Assembly (NCBI RefSeq): GCF_002087085.1
Contig: NZ_MWQY01000004.1
Span: 62,001 to 126,000 of the forward strand
Direction: 5' to 3'
Length of the DNA stretch: 64,000 bases
Shown here: positions 27,401 to 36,870 of the stretch, piece after piece
Layout of the letters: every line of letters starts with the position of its first letter
Numbering within the stretch: the first letter of the stretch is position 1
The notes under the pieces: model-generated
What the model was told of the DNA's origin: nothing
Databases searched by the model: none
The model's input: the letters and a program-made list of their open reading frames with translations, nothing else
Made by a program: the position numbers and the translations under genes

Positions 27401-28567
27401 TCAGCGCGTCAGGTTGCGCCAGCTGAAGGGTTCGAGGAGATCCTGCAGGGGTTCTTCCCTGAGACTGTAGAACTGCTTCCACAGGGGATCCATTTTCTCA
27501 TCCGTGATCAGTTCGGTGTAGGAAGCAAGCACCATCCCTCGTCCGGGGTCCCGGTACGAGATAACCGGGACAGCGCTGACACCGCGGATTGAGGCGCCCC
27601 GTTCCGGAGAATGGACCAGATTGACCCGGTAGATAGCCCCTTCCCCGCGGGAGGGAATTTCGGTATGAACCTCATCGGGCGTCATATGCCAGGTCTGTCC
27701 GCTGATAAAGTTTCCCGCAGAGTTGATGATCAGGGCCTGCCTCCCGTCATGGCGGAGAACCATCTCCCAGGGCTGGAGTACATGGGGATGATGTCCCCAG
27801 ACAATATCCACCCCAGCCTCGATGAGTTCATGAAAAAACGCGTGTTTCCCCCTGCCGGGAAGCGTGGCATATTCCACCCCTCCATGCACCGAAAGAATGA
27901 ACAGATCGTACAGCTTCCGGATTTCAGAGATATAGTTCAGAAAGGATTCACGACGCTCAGGATCAGCGTAGTCGATCCGATTCACAAGGGCACTCCCCTC
28001 ATCCATGTTCAGGAAAGCCGTGACGGCGAGAAATCCGATCCGCATGCCTTCGGCTTCGATCAACTCCGGCAACAAGGGATCATCGGCATGATGCCGCAGT
28101 CCCGACCAGCGCGTCTCCTTCTCTGAACGCAGGATGTCGAGGTATTCGGCGGTGGCCAGGATCGATTCAGGCCCCTGGTCGGCGGAGTGGTTATTCGCCG
28201 CCGAAAAAACCTGAAAACCCGCATCCACCGCCGCATCCACATAGGAGGGATGCACATTGAAACGCGGATAGTTCTGCAGAGGCTTTGATGCATCCACGGG
28301 AAACTCAAGATTCCCGAAACTGAGGAGATCCTGCTGCAGGAAGGGTCCCACCCCGCGGTAAATCTCTTCGTAGGAGGGATTCAGGTAGTTCACATCATGA
28401 GCCATTATGTCACCGACAAAACTGAGGACAAAAACCTCGCTTGTGCGGGCCGGCGACGGGGGCGGTGTTCTGCGAATATAATCCAGACGCTGATACAGGC
28501 CAAGGAGATTTATGCAGACAAGCAGGACTGTACATAAAATAATCGTTAGACCCGGAGAGACTCGCAT
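27401..28567 (-). CDS. CapA family metallophosphoesterase-like protein
   Basis: FVGDIM, GNLEFP, AANNHSAD, SVHGGVEY, GHHPHVLQ, SAGNFIS; N-terminal TM anchor. Confidence 0.88.
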   Translation of the reverse strand: MRVSPGLTIILCTVLLVCINLLGLYQRLDYIRRTPPPSPARTSEVFVLSFVGDIMAHDVNYLNPSYEEIYRGVGPFLQQDLLSFGNLEFPVDASKPLQNYPRFNVHPSYVDAAVDAGFQVFSAANNHSADQGPESILATAEYLDILRSEKETRWSGLRHHADDPLLPELIEAEGMRIGFLAVTAFLNMDEGSALVNRIDYADPERRESFLNYISEIRKLYDLFILSVHGGVEYATLPGRGKHAFFHELIEAGVDIVWGHHPHVLQPWEMVLRHDGRQALIINSAGNFISGQTWHMTPDEVHTEIPSRGEGAIYRVNLVHSPERGASIRGVSAVPVISYRDPGRGMVLASYTELITDEKMDPLWKQFYSLREEPLQDLLEPFSWRNLTR

Positions 28568-28630
28568 AAGCTATCGGATAGATAGTATTGACCATGGGAG
28601 GATATTTTTCCATTCTTTTTTCAATTTTTC

Positions 28631-28776
28631 TTGTTGTACCTTACTTATTTAATTATATTTAATCCCGAACAGATGCTTTATTACGGCGGTTTTGCAGATC
28701 CGCCGTCTGCAGAAAAAAAGTCGTACCCTCCGTTTCTCCCGCGTAAACGTGCCCCGCTCCGGGGCACGTTTTTTTT
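28631..28776 (+). ncRNA. Candidate ~110-nt small RNA or attenuated leader (own promoter and terminator)
   Basis: TTGTTG-N17-TATATT (28631-28659), hairpin 28683-28706, CU-rich stretch, terminator 28745-28776. Confidence 0.4.
28745..28776 (+). terminator. Rho-independent terminator within the capA-hyd intergenic region
   Basis: AAACGTGCCCCG-ctc-CGGGGCACGTTT followed by a T-run. Confidence 0.8.
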
Positions 28777-28806
28777 GATCCTGTATTAACTTTATACGAA
28801 TATTAT

Positions 28807-28886
28807 ATGTTATATTTTTCACATAAAGCACTATATTTATATATTCATAACAATATTTTGACAATATGCACATTATATGATATTTT
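28807..28886 (+). promoter_or_regulatory. Hydrogenase operon promoter with a putative Rex box
   Basis: TTGACA(28858-63)-N17-TATTTT with extended TG. ATGTTAT-ATTT-TTCACAT at 28807-28824 resembles the Rex consensus TTGTGAA-N4-TTCACAA. Confidence 0.55.
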
Positions 28887-29000
28887 TTTGCAAGAGGCAG
28901 AGCCTCTCTACACAACAAAACGCAACTGCACCAGTAATGCATCCGGTCAGGCTCCAGTTCACTGAGGTTCTCCTCATAACCGCGCCAAAAGGAGTACCGT

Positions 29001-29531
29001 ATGCAGACGCAGACAAATCCCGCAAAGCAGACTGTTTCATCGGAATCTGAACAAGAGCTTCTAAAAAATTTTCAGGAATTACTCCCGCAATTTGATCCCG
29101 AAAAAGGTGGTCTGATTCCTGCCCTGCAGTCTGCACAGAACCTCTTCGGATACATTCCCGAAGAGGCCATGCGCCTTATTTCCCGCTCCATGGATATACC
29201 CTTCAGCGAGGTAGCCGGGGTAGTCAGTTTCTATTCCTACTTTTCCACCGTACCCAGGGGGCGCCATGTTGTCCGGGTCTGCCTGGGAACCGCCTGCTAT
29301 GTTCGGGGAGGAAAGGAGGTACTGGCGGCTATGCAGAATGAACTGGGTATCGGAATCGGAGAGACCACCGAGGACAGGCAGTTCAGCCTGGAGGTTGGAC
29401 GCTGCTTCGGCGCCTGCGGCCTTGCTCCCGTTGTAATGATTGACGATCAGGTCCATCAGAGGGTACGCCCGACCTCTATCCGCAGCATTATAGACGCCTA
29501 CAGGGACGATAGCGAAGAGGAGGTACTATGA
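29001..29531 (+). CDS. [FeFe]-hydrogenase gamma subunit (NuoE/HydC-like, 2Fe-2S)
   Basis: LIPALQSAQNLFGYIP, VCLGTACYVRG, CFGACGLAPV. Confidence 0.92.
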   Translation: MQTQTNPAKQTVSSESEQELLKNFQELLPQFDPEKGGLIPALQSAQNLFGYIPEEAMRLISRSMDIPFSEVAGVVSFYSYFSTVPRGRHVVRVCLGTACYVRGGKEVLAAMQNELGIGIGETTEDRQFSLEVGRCFGACGLAPVVMIDDQVHQRVRPTSIRSIIDAYRDDSEEEVL

Positions 29532-32500
29532 TCCAGCGTATCAACGACAGGGAACACCTGGACAAGCTCTCACGGGAATATGCTGCGGACAAAAATGAGC
29601 AGACCATACTCCTGTGCGCCGGCGGCGGATGCATGGCCTCCGGGGCCATGGATGTAAAGGAAGCCCTTCAGGATGCCCTGAAGCGCAACAGTCTCTCCAT
29701 ACCCGTTAAGGAGACGGGCTGCATGGGGCCCTGCGCCGCGGGACCGGTTATAATGATCCATCCGGAAAAAATCGTCTACGAACGGGTGAGCCCGGAAGAT
29801 GCCGACGAGATCGTCACTTCCCATTTCATCGGGAAAAAACTCCTCAGCCGGCTGATCCACAAAAACTCCGGGTCCCGGGAAGAGGCCCCGGAGATGGATT
29901 CCATCGATTTCCTGAAGAATCAGAAAAAAATCGTCCTGAGAAACTGCGGCCGGATCGATCCCGGAAGAATCGAGGATTATTATGGCGAAGGGGGATACAC
30001 CGCCCTGGCGAAAGTTCTTACAGGCATGAAACCGGAAGATGTGGTTCAGGCGATAAAGATCTCCGGACTGAGGGGACGGGGAGGAGCCGGATTCCCCACC
30101 TGGATGAAGTGGGAGTTTACCCGTAAAGCAGAAGGGGACCTGAAATACGCATTATGCAATGCCGACGAGGGAGACCCCGGCGCGTTCATGGACCGCAGCG
30201 TGCTTGAAGGGGACCCCCACAGTCTGATAGAAGGCATGGCCATTGCCGCCTACGCCATCGGAGCCAGAGAAGGTTTCGTCTACGTACGGGCCGAATATCC
30301 CCTGGCGGTTTCCCGACTCCACAAGGCCCTGGAACAGGCCAGGGAGGCCGGGCTGCTGGGTGAAAACATTTTGAACACCGGCTTCTCCTTTGATCTCTCC
30401 ATACGGATGGGCTCGGGCGCCTTTGTCTGCGGAGAAGAGACCGCCCTCATCAGCTCCATCGAAGGACACCGGGGAGAACCGCGTCCCCGTCCTCCCTTTC
30501 CCGCCCAGAAGGGTCTCTGGCAGAAACCGACTTTGCTGAACAACGTGGAGACCTACGCCAATGTTCCCGCCATCCTGATGAACGGTCCGGAAAAGTACGC
30601 CGCCATCGGGTCGGACAAGAGCTCCGGAACCAAGGTCTTTGCCCTGGCGGGGGCCATCGAGACCAGCGGCCTGGTGGAAGTCCCCATCGGCACCTCCCTT
30701 GGAGAACTGATCTACGATATCGGCGGCGGTATCAAGAACGGGAAAACCTTCAAGGCCGCCCAGATAGGGGGTCCCTCGGGGGGCTGCATTCCCAAGGAGC
30801 ACCTCTCGGTACCCCTGGATTACGACAGCCTCGCGGAGCTGGGTGCCATCATGGGGTCCGGCGGTCTGATCGTCATGGACGAGGACACCTGCATGGTGGA
30901 TGTGGCCAGGTTCTTCCTGGAGTTCGTTCAGGAAGAGTCCTGCGGCAAATGCGTCCCCTGCCGGGTCGGCACGAAGCGCATGCTGGAGATTCTGAACCGG
31001 ATATGTGAAGGCAAGGGAGAAGAAGGCGATATCGAGCGTCTCATCGAGCTGGGCACAATGATCAAGGAGACCTCCCTCTGCGGCCTGGGCCAGACGGCTC
31101 CGAACCCCGTCCTGTCGACGATCCGTCACTTCCGTCACGAGTACGAAGACCATATCCGGCGGAAGCACTGCGAGGCGGGGGTCTGTCCGGGACTCGTACG
31201 GGCACCCTGCCAGAGCGCCTGCCCTGCGAATGTGGACATTCCCGGTTTTGTCTCGCTGGTCAGGGAAAAGCGCTACGCCGAGGCGCTCCGGCTGCACCGG
31301 GAACGAAACCCCTTTGCGGCGGTCTGCGCCAGGGTATGCTTTCATACCTGCGAGGATCACTGCCGCCGCTCGACCCTGGACGAGCCGGTTTCGATCCGCG
31401 GGATAAAGCGTTTCCTGGTAGAACAGGAGGTTACAATTCAGATCCCCGAGGTTCGGGAGAATCCCGAAAACGAAAAGCGGCGGGTAGCCATTATCGGGGC
31501 CGGCCCCGCGGGCCTCTCCTGCGGATTCTTCCTCGCACGGCTGGGCTACAAGCCGGAGATTTTCGAAGCGGAATCACGCCCCGGCGGCATGCTGGCCCAG
31601 ACGATTCCGGCCTACCGTCTGCCCCGGGAGACTCTTGCCCGGGAGGTCCGCATGATCGAGCGTATGGGGGTAAAGATCCATACCGAAAAGCGGCTGGGCA
31701 GGGACTTTAGCCTGGAGGGCCTTAAGGAGGATGGTTACGAGGCAGTATTCATGGCCCTGGGAGCCCCGGAGAACCTGCCCCTCGGTGTAGCGGGAGAAGA
31801 CGCGAAGGGTGTCGTACAGGCCGTACCATTCCTCAGGGAGTACAACATACGGGGATCCGTTCCGGTGGGGAACCGGGTCATCGTAATCGGCGGCGGCAAC
31901 GCTGCTGTTGACGCTGCCAGGACAGCCATCCGACTGGAGGCGGAGGAGGTTACCATCCTGTATCGCAGGAGCCAGGAACAGATGCCCGCCTATGCGGAGG
32001 AACTGGAAGAGGCCCTCAATGAAGGAGTCGCATTGCGTACCCTGGTGCAGCCGGTGGAGATAGTCTCCGACAAAAACGGCACTGTCACCGGTCTGCGCTG
32101 CCTGCCAATGACCCTGGGCGACTTTGACCGAAGCGGCCGCCGGGGACCGAAGGCCGTGGAAGAAGAGCCCGAGTTCATTCCCGCTGACCAGATCATCATC
32201 GCCATCGGGCAGCGCCTGGATCCCAAACCCGTCCTTGGATCCCTGGAGCTTGCAACCAGGCCTGACCACTTTATAATCGCAAATCAGATTAACGGCCAGA
32301 CCTCGGTTCCCTGGATTTTTTCCGGGGGAGACATGGTTTCCGGTCCCTCCTCGGTGGTCTCCGCCATCGCCGCCGGAGAACGGGCTGCTGCGGGAATTGA
32401 CGAATATTTAAGCGGAGAAAACCACGCCTTCTGGCGTGAAGAGTGGAACAACGATACCGCCTACGATCCGGATGAGGCCCCGGTACCCTACCCCAGGGAG

Positions 32501-32668
32501 AAGCTGCCCACCATAGACGTGGAACGGAGACGATCAAACTTCGATGAAGTGGAACTCTGCTGGACCGAGGCCTCGGCCATGCGTCAATGCGGCCGCTGTC
32601 TGCGCTGCGATTACGGTAAATCCCCGGTCCGCCGGGAGACAAAGGAAAAGGAGGCCGCCCATGTATAA
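29528..32668 (+). CDS. HydB/NuoF-like NADH-FMN subunit fused to a GltD-like FAD/NAD(P)H oxidoreductase
   Basis: 2Fe-2S Trx-like domain, GLRGRGGAGFPT, NADEGDPGAFMDR, GGPSGG, CGKCVPCRVG; then PCQSACP..CARVC..CEDHCRR, GAGPAG, GGGNAAVD, YRR, CLRC. Confidence 0.9.
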   Translation: MIQRINDREHLDKLSREYAADKNEQTILLCAGGGCMASGAMDVKEALQDALKRNSLSIPVKETGCMGPCAAGPVIMIHPEKIVYERVSPEDADEIVTSHFIGKKLLSRLIHKNSGSREEAPEMDSIDFLKNQKKIVLRNCGRIDPGRIEDYYGEGGYTALAKVLTGMKPEDVVQAIKISGLRGRGGAGFPTWMKWEFTRKAEGDLKYALCNADEGDPGAFMDRSVLEGDPHSLIEGMAIAAYAIGAREGFVYVRAEYPLAVSRLHKALEQAREAGLLGENILNTGFSFDLSIRMGSGAFVCGEETALISSIEGHRGEPRPRPPFPAQKGLWQKPTLLNNVETYANVPAILMNGPEKYAAIGSDKSSGTKVFALAGAIETSGLVEVPIGTSLGELIYDIGGGIKNGKTFKAAQIGGPSGGCIPKEHLSVPLDYDSLAELGAIMGSGGLIVMDEDTCMVDVARFFLEFVQEESCGKCVPCRVGTKRMLEILNRICEGKGEEGDIERLIELGTMIKETSLCGLGQTAPNPVLSTIRHFRHEYEDHIRRKHCEAGVCPGLVRAPCQSACPANVDIPGFVSLVREKRYAEALRLHRERNPFAAVCARVCFHTCEDHCRRSTLDEPVSIRGIKRFLVEQEVTIQIPEVRENPENEKRRVAIIGAGPAGLSCGFFLARLGYKPEIFEAESRPGGMLAQTIPAYRLPRETLAREVRMIERMGVKIHTEKRLGRDFSLEGLKEDGYEAVFMALGAPENLPLGVAGEDAKGVVQAVPFLREYNIRGSVPVGNRVIVIGGGNAAVDAARTAIRLEAEEVTILYRRSQEQMPAYAEELEEALNEGVALRTLVQPVEIVSDKNGTVTGLRCLPMTLGDFDRSGRRGPKAVEEEPEFIPADQIIIAIGQRLDPKPVLGSLELATRPDHFIIANQINGQTSVPWIFSGGDMVSGPSSVVSAIAAGERAAAGIDEYLSGENHAFWREEWNNDTAYDPDEAPVPYPREKLPTIDVERRRSNFDEVELCWTEASAMRQCGRCLRCDYGKSPVRRETKEKEAAHV

Positions 32669-34436
32669 CATTACCATCAACTCACTCCCGGTCAGCGTGG
32701 ACAGGAACATGACCATCCTCGAGGCGGCCAGGAAAACAGGCATCCGCATACCGACCCTCTGTTTTCTCGAAGGACACGCTCCCCTGGGAGCCTGCCGGGT
32801 CTGCGTCGTAGAAGTGGAAGGGGCGAAAACCCTGATGCCCGCCTGCGCCACCCCGGTACAGGACGGCATGTCAATAAAAACCAACAGCCGCCGTGTACGG
32901 GAGGCCCGCCGCATGGTTGTGGAACTGCTGTTGAGCGAGCACAACGGCGACTGCAAATACTGCGACCGGGGTGAGGACTGTGAACTGAAAGATCTGGCCA
33001 TCGAACTGGGAATCGAGGATGAGCGCTTCAGCGGAGAGCGGCTGGAACCCACCCTGGACGATTCCACCCCGGCGCTTACCAGGGAAGCATCAAAGTGCAT
33101 AAAGTGCCGGCGCTGCGTAACCGTCTGCAACGAGGTACAGGGGGTTGGAGCGCTGTTTCCCCAGTATCGGGGCTTCTCTGCTGTTATAGGACCTGCCTTC
33201 AGCCGGCCCCTGGACAGTGTAGCCTGCGTGCAGTGCGGCCAGTGCGCCGCGGTCTGCCCCGTGGGGGCCATAACCGAACGCAACCACATAGACGCGGTCT
33301 GGGCAGCCCTGGACGACCCCGGTAAACACGTGGTCGTGCAGACCGCCCCGGCAATCAGAGCCGCCCTGGGAGAGGAGTTCGGCCTGGAACCCGGCACCCT
33401 GGTGACCGGCAGGATGGTGAGCGCCCTCCGGGCTATGGGCTTTGACGCGGTCTTTGATACCAACTTTGCAGCAGACCTTACAATCATGGAAGAGGGCAGC
33501 GAGCTGCTCATGCGCCTGACCAGACTCCTCAAGAACCATGAGAAAGCCGCCCTTCCCCAGTTCTCATCCTGTTCCCCCGGCTGGATCAAATACCTGGAGT
33601 ACTACTATCCCGAGATGATCCCCAACGTTTCATCATGCAAGTCCCCCCAGCAGATGTTCGGTGCCCTGGCAAAAACCTATTACGCCGACAAAATCGGTAA
33701 GAAAGCGGAAGAGATCACCGTGGTTTCGGTAATGCCCTGTACGGCCAAGAAGTTCGAAGCCCTGCGGCCTGAAATGCGGGATTCCGGAGTCCAGGACGTG
33801 GACTACGTCCTGACCACCCGGGAGCTGGCACGGATGATAAAGGGAAGCGGCGTCGCCTTTACCGAACTTCCCGAGGGAGAGATGGACGCCCCACTGGGAC
33901 TCTCCTCCGGTGCGGCGGACATTTTTGCCAATACCGGCGGCGTTATGGAAGCCGCCCTGCGCACTGTTTATGAGCTCGTTACCGGACGTCCCCTGCCAGG
34001 AGAAAACCTTCATGTTCAGCCCCTTGCAGGTCTGGAAGGGATAAAAGAGGCCTCCCTGATTCTGGAGAACGTCAAGCCGGAGTTCGATTTTCTTGAAGAG
34101 GTAGAGGTTCGTGTAGCCGTTGCCCACGGCCTGGGGAATGCAGGAAAACTCCTGAACAGGATTCAGGCCGGAAAAGGGGACTACCACTTTGTCGAGATCA
34201 TGACCTGCCCCGGCGGCTGCATCGGCGGCGGCGGACAGCCCCGTTTTACCGATGATTCGGTCAGACAGAAGAGGATCGAGGCAATCTACAAGGAGGATGA
34301 GGGCAAACCGATACGGAAGTCCCACGAAAATCCGGCCATAACCCGGATCTACGAGGAGTATCTGGGAGAACCGTTGAGCGAACGCTCTCATCATCTGCTG
34401 CATACGAAGTACAATGCCCGGGAAGTAGTGCAGTAG
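32661..34436 (+). CDS. hydA: [FeFe]-hydrogenase catalytic subunit (group A)
   Basis: N-terminal 2Fe-2S, His-ligated and 2x4Fe-4S clusters; H-cluster motifs SSCSPGW, MPCTAKK, EIMTCPGGCIGGGGQP; ATG 32661 with SD AAGGAGG. Confidence 0.95.
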   Translation: MYNITINSLPVSVDRNMTILEAARKTGIRIPTLCFLEGHAPLGACRVCVVEVEGAKTLMPACATPVQDGMSIKTNSRRVREARRMVVELLLSEHNGDCKYCDRGEDCELKDLAIELGIEDERFSGERLEPTLDDSTPALTREASKCIKCRRCVTVCNEVQGVGALFPQYRGFSAVIGPAFSRPLDSVACVQCGQCAAVCPVGAITERNHIDAVWAALDDPGKHVVVQTAPAIRAALGEEFGLEPGTLVTGRMVSALRAMGFDAVFDTNFAADLTIMEEGSELLMRLTRLLKNHEKAALPQFSSCSPGWIKYLEYYYPEMIPNVSSCKSPQQMFGALAKTYYADKIGKKAEEITVVSVMPCTAKKFEALRPEMRDSGVQDVDYVLTTRELARMIKGSGVAFTELPEGEMDAPLGLSSGAADIFANTGGVMEAALRTVYELVTGRPLPGENLHVQPLAGLEGIKEASLILENVKPEFDFLEEVEVRVAVAHGLGNAGKLLNRIQAGKGDYHFVEIMTCPGGCIGGGGQPRFTDDSVRQKRIEAIYKEDEGKPIRKSHENPAITRIYEEYLGEPLSERSHHLLHTKYNAREVVQ

Positions 34437-34462
34437 CAGAACAATCCGGCAAAATAATCAGC

Positions 34463-34490
34463 GGACGGTGTCTTCGGGCACCGTCCTTTT
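34463..34490 (+). terminator. Rho-independent terminator of the hyd operon
   Basis: GGACGGTGTC-TTCG-GGCACCGTCC-TTTT. Confidence 0.85.
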
Positions 34491-34530
34491 GTCATCAGGG
34501 ATTGCATGGAAACGCGCATCAGGATAATAT

Positions 34531-34546
34531 AGTTGCAATTGCAACT
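34531..34546. promoter_or_regulatory. Putative MarR operator upstream of MATE-marR
   Basis: Perfect 16-bp palindrome AGTTGCAATTGCAACT just downstream of TTGCAT-N17-TAATAT. Confidence 0.65.
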
Positions 34547-34571
34547 TTCTGTTCGCAGGAAAGGATCTTTC

Positions 34572-35990
34572 ATGAAAACGCTCAACAATCAGAATGATCG
34601 CTATATTCGCATGACAACCGAACCCGTATCGAAGCTCATTACAAGCCTCGCCACTCCGACCATCATGAGCATGCTCGTAAGCGCATTCTACAACACGGCG
34701 GATACCTACTTCGTCGGAAAAATCAATACAAGTGCGACCGGTGCGGTGGGGATTGTTTTTTCCCTGATGATTATCATTCAGGTAGTGGGAATAATGATCG
34801 GGGTCGGCTCCGGCAGCTACATTGCACGACTTCTGGGAAAAAGACAGGCAGACAGGGCAAGCAGGGCCACATCCACCGCCTTTTTCATGGTCATTGCCTG
34901 GGGCATCGGCCTGACTGTTCTCGGTGAAATCTTCCTCGATCCATTTATGCGGCTGTTGGGTTCAACGGAAACGATACTGCCCTACGCCAAATCCTACGGG
35001 GGAATCATCCTGCTGGGAGCTCCCTACATGGCGGCCAGCTTCGTTATGAATACCAACCTCCGATCGGAAGGAAACGCCCTCCTGGCGATGATCGGTATTG
35101 TCAGCGGTGCTGTTGTGAATATCATTCTGGACCCGATCTTCATCTTCGGTTTCCGTATGGGTATCGCCGGGGCGGCGACGGCGACCATAATAAGTCAGCT
35201 GATCAGTTTCCTTATTCTCCTGTCCCACTACATCAGACGACGAAGCACCCTTCGGATACATCCGAAGAATATTCTGTTCGAAAAGGAGATGTTCCGTGAG
35301 ATCCTGGGTTCCGGGCTGCCCTCATTTTTCAGGCAGTCCGTTGCAATTCTGGCTGCCATTATTCTGAACACCTGCGCCGGCGTTTACGGTGACGCCGCTG
35401 TAGCGGGTATGTCCGTGGTGAATAGGATTATCCTGTTCCTGGGTTCGGCCCTTATCGGTTTCGGCCAGGGATTCCAGCCGGTGGCGGCTTTCAACTATGC
35501 CGCCGGATTCGGACGGCGGGTTTATGATGCCTTCTGGTTCGCGGTAAAAACCGGCACAGTGTTTCTTCTGATTTTCTCGACCGCCGCGTGCATTTTCGCC
35601 CCCCAGATTATAAGACTCTTCAGGAATGATCCCGAGGTAATCCGCATCGGTGCTCTGGCCCTGCGACTGCAGTGCGTCACGTTTCCCTTTTCCGCCTTTA
35701 TCGTAATGTCCAACATGATGTTTCAATACATAGGAAAGCCCGCAAAGGCCTCATTGCTGGCCCTGTCCCGGCAGGGGCTGGTGTTCATACCGGTAATCAT
35801 GATCCTTTCACAAGTCCTCGGTTTGAGGGGAATACAGATGAGTCAGGCCCTGTCGGACGGAACGACCTTCCTGATTGCTGTTCCACTGACGGCGGGGACC
35901 CTCAAAGTACTGAAAAACCCGGAACCCCTTCATGAAACCGGCGAAATCCCCGGAAGAGGAAGCCTGAGAGACTGCACTCAGAATGCCTGA
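34572..35990 (+). CDS. MATE family efflux transporter
   Basis: YNTADTYFVG, RSEGN, NIILDPIFIF..GIAGAATAT, GFQPVAAFNYAA. Confidence 0.93.
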   Translation: MKTLNNQNDRYIRMTTEPVSKLITSLATPTIMSMLVSAFYNTADTYFVGKINTSATGAVGIVFSLMIIIQVVGIMIGVGSGSYIARLLGKRQADRASRATSTAFFMVIAWGIGLTVLGEIFLDPFMRLLGSTETILPYAKSYGGIILLGAPYMAASFVMNTNLRSEGNALLAMIGIVSGAVVNIILDPIFIFGFRMGIAGAATATIISQLISFLILLSHYIRRRSTLRIHPKNILFEKEMFREILGSGLPSFFRQSVAILAAIILNTCAGVYGDAAVAGMSVVNRIILFLGSALIGFGQGFQPVAAFNYAAGFGRRVYDAFWFAVKTGTVFLLIFSTAACIFAPQIIRLFRNDPEVIRIGALALRLQCVTFPFSAFIVMSNMMFQYIGKPAKASLLALSRQGLVFIPVIMILSQVLGLRGIQMSQALSDGTTFLIAVPLTAGTLKVLKNPEPLHETGEIPGRGSLRDCTQNA

Positions 35991-36004
35991 GGAGAAGAAC
36001 GAGC

Positions 36005-36463
36005 ATGAACAGACCCACCATACTCCGATACATATCCATTCTGTACCGCTTCAGCCAGATCCATATCGCCCAGCAGCTGAAACCCCATAAAATCGGATCG
36101 GGACAATACCCTTTTATATTCTCAGTCTGCCGGAATCCCGGGATTAACCAGGACGGGCTTTCGGAACGGCTCCTTATCGACAAAGGGACCACCGCAAAGG
36201 CGGTAAAAATCCTTGAAGCCGGAGGCTTTCTGCGCAGGGAACAGGACCCTGCCGACCGCCGCGTATACCGGCTCTATGCCACTCCCGAAGGTGAGAAACT
36301 GGGAAAAACCCTGGAGTCGATTCTTCCCCTGTGGCAGGAACTGCTGTGGAAGGGTTTCAGCCGGCAGGAAAAGGAGCAGGCCTATTCCCTGGTTCAGCGT
36401 ATGTCCGAAAACGCAAAAGACTTCCTGACCCGTTCCGCGGAGGAGAACAGTGCCCCTTACTGA
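36005..36463 (+). CDS. MarR family transcriptional regulator
   Basis: GINQDGLS..DKGTTAKAV..LE..GF..DPADRR. Confidence 0.9.
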   Translation: MNRPTILRYISILYRFSQIHIAQQLKPHKIGSGQYPFIFSVCRNPGINQDGLSERLLIDKGTTAKAVKILEAGGFLRREQDPADRRVYRLYATPEGEKLGKTLESILPLWQELLWKGFSRQEKEQAYSLVQRMSENAKDFLTRSAEENSAPY

Positions 36464-36870
36464 AACCAGCTGCTTTCATACCCGGGATCGCTGGAATCTG
36501 CGTGCTCGAAAAGACCGCCATCAATAACGGATTCAGCGAGTTCCCGGAAATATGCCCGGCGCAGGGCGGCATCCTGGATTCGCGGGAGAGCGAAGAATCC
36601 TCCGACCGCCAGCATGAACATGAAAACCGCCGCCGCGCTAAGCAGAGCAGGCTTGCGTCGGGAAGCAGCAGCACAGACAGGATTCCGTTCCGAAACAGGG
36701 GAGGACACTTCCCGTCCGTACGCGGCAATGATACGGCGGTACAGCTTCAGGTTTTCTGAACAAAAAGAGCATACCTCCAGATGATCCCGTACCCCCACGG
36801 AAAACTCATTCCCTGAATCAAGCTCGTTTTGTATCTTTTTCCATTCTCTGCATTTCATTGCCTTCTCCAT
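36457..36870 (-). CDS. Putative zinc-finger anti-sigma factor
   Basis: MKC...HLEVCSFC (HxxxCxxC) followed by a TM segment; directly after an ECF sigma gene. Confidence 0.7.
   Translation of the reverse strand: MEKAMKCREWKKIQNELDSGNEFSVGVRDHLEVCSFCSENLKLYRRIIAAYGREVSSPVSERNPVCAAASRRKPALLSAAAVFMFMLAVGGFFALPRIQDAALRRAYFRELAESVIDGGLFEHADSSDPGYESSWFQ

Noticed and set aside
27401..28567. Poly-gamma-glutamate capsule locus
   Set aside because: Only a CapA-domain gene; no capB/capC in the window
28673..28789. 38-codon small ORF in the capA-hyd intergenic region
   Set aside because: No SD and it runs through the terminator; an RNA element is more plausible
33560..33590. HydA P1 motif SSCSPGW instead of TSCCP as a sign of inactivity
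   Set aside because: CSPGW variants are common among multimeric group A enzymes; the other H-cluster motifs are intact
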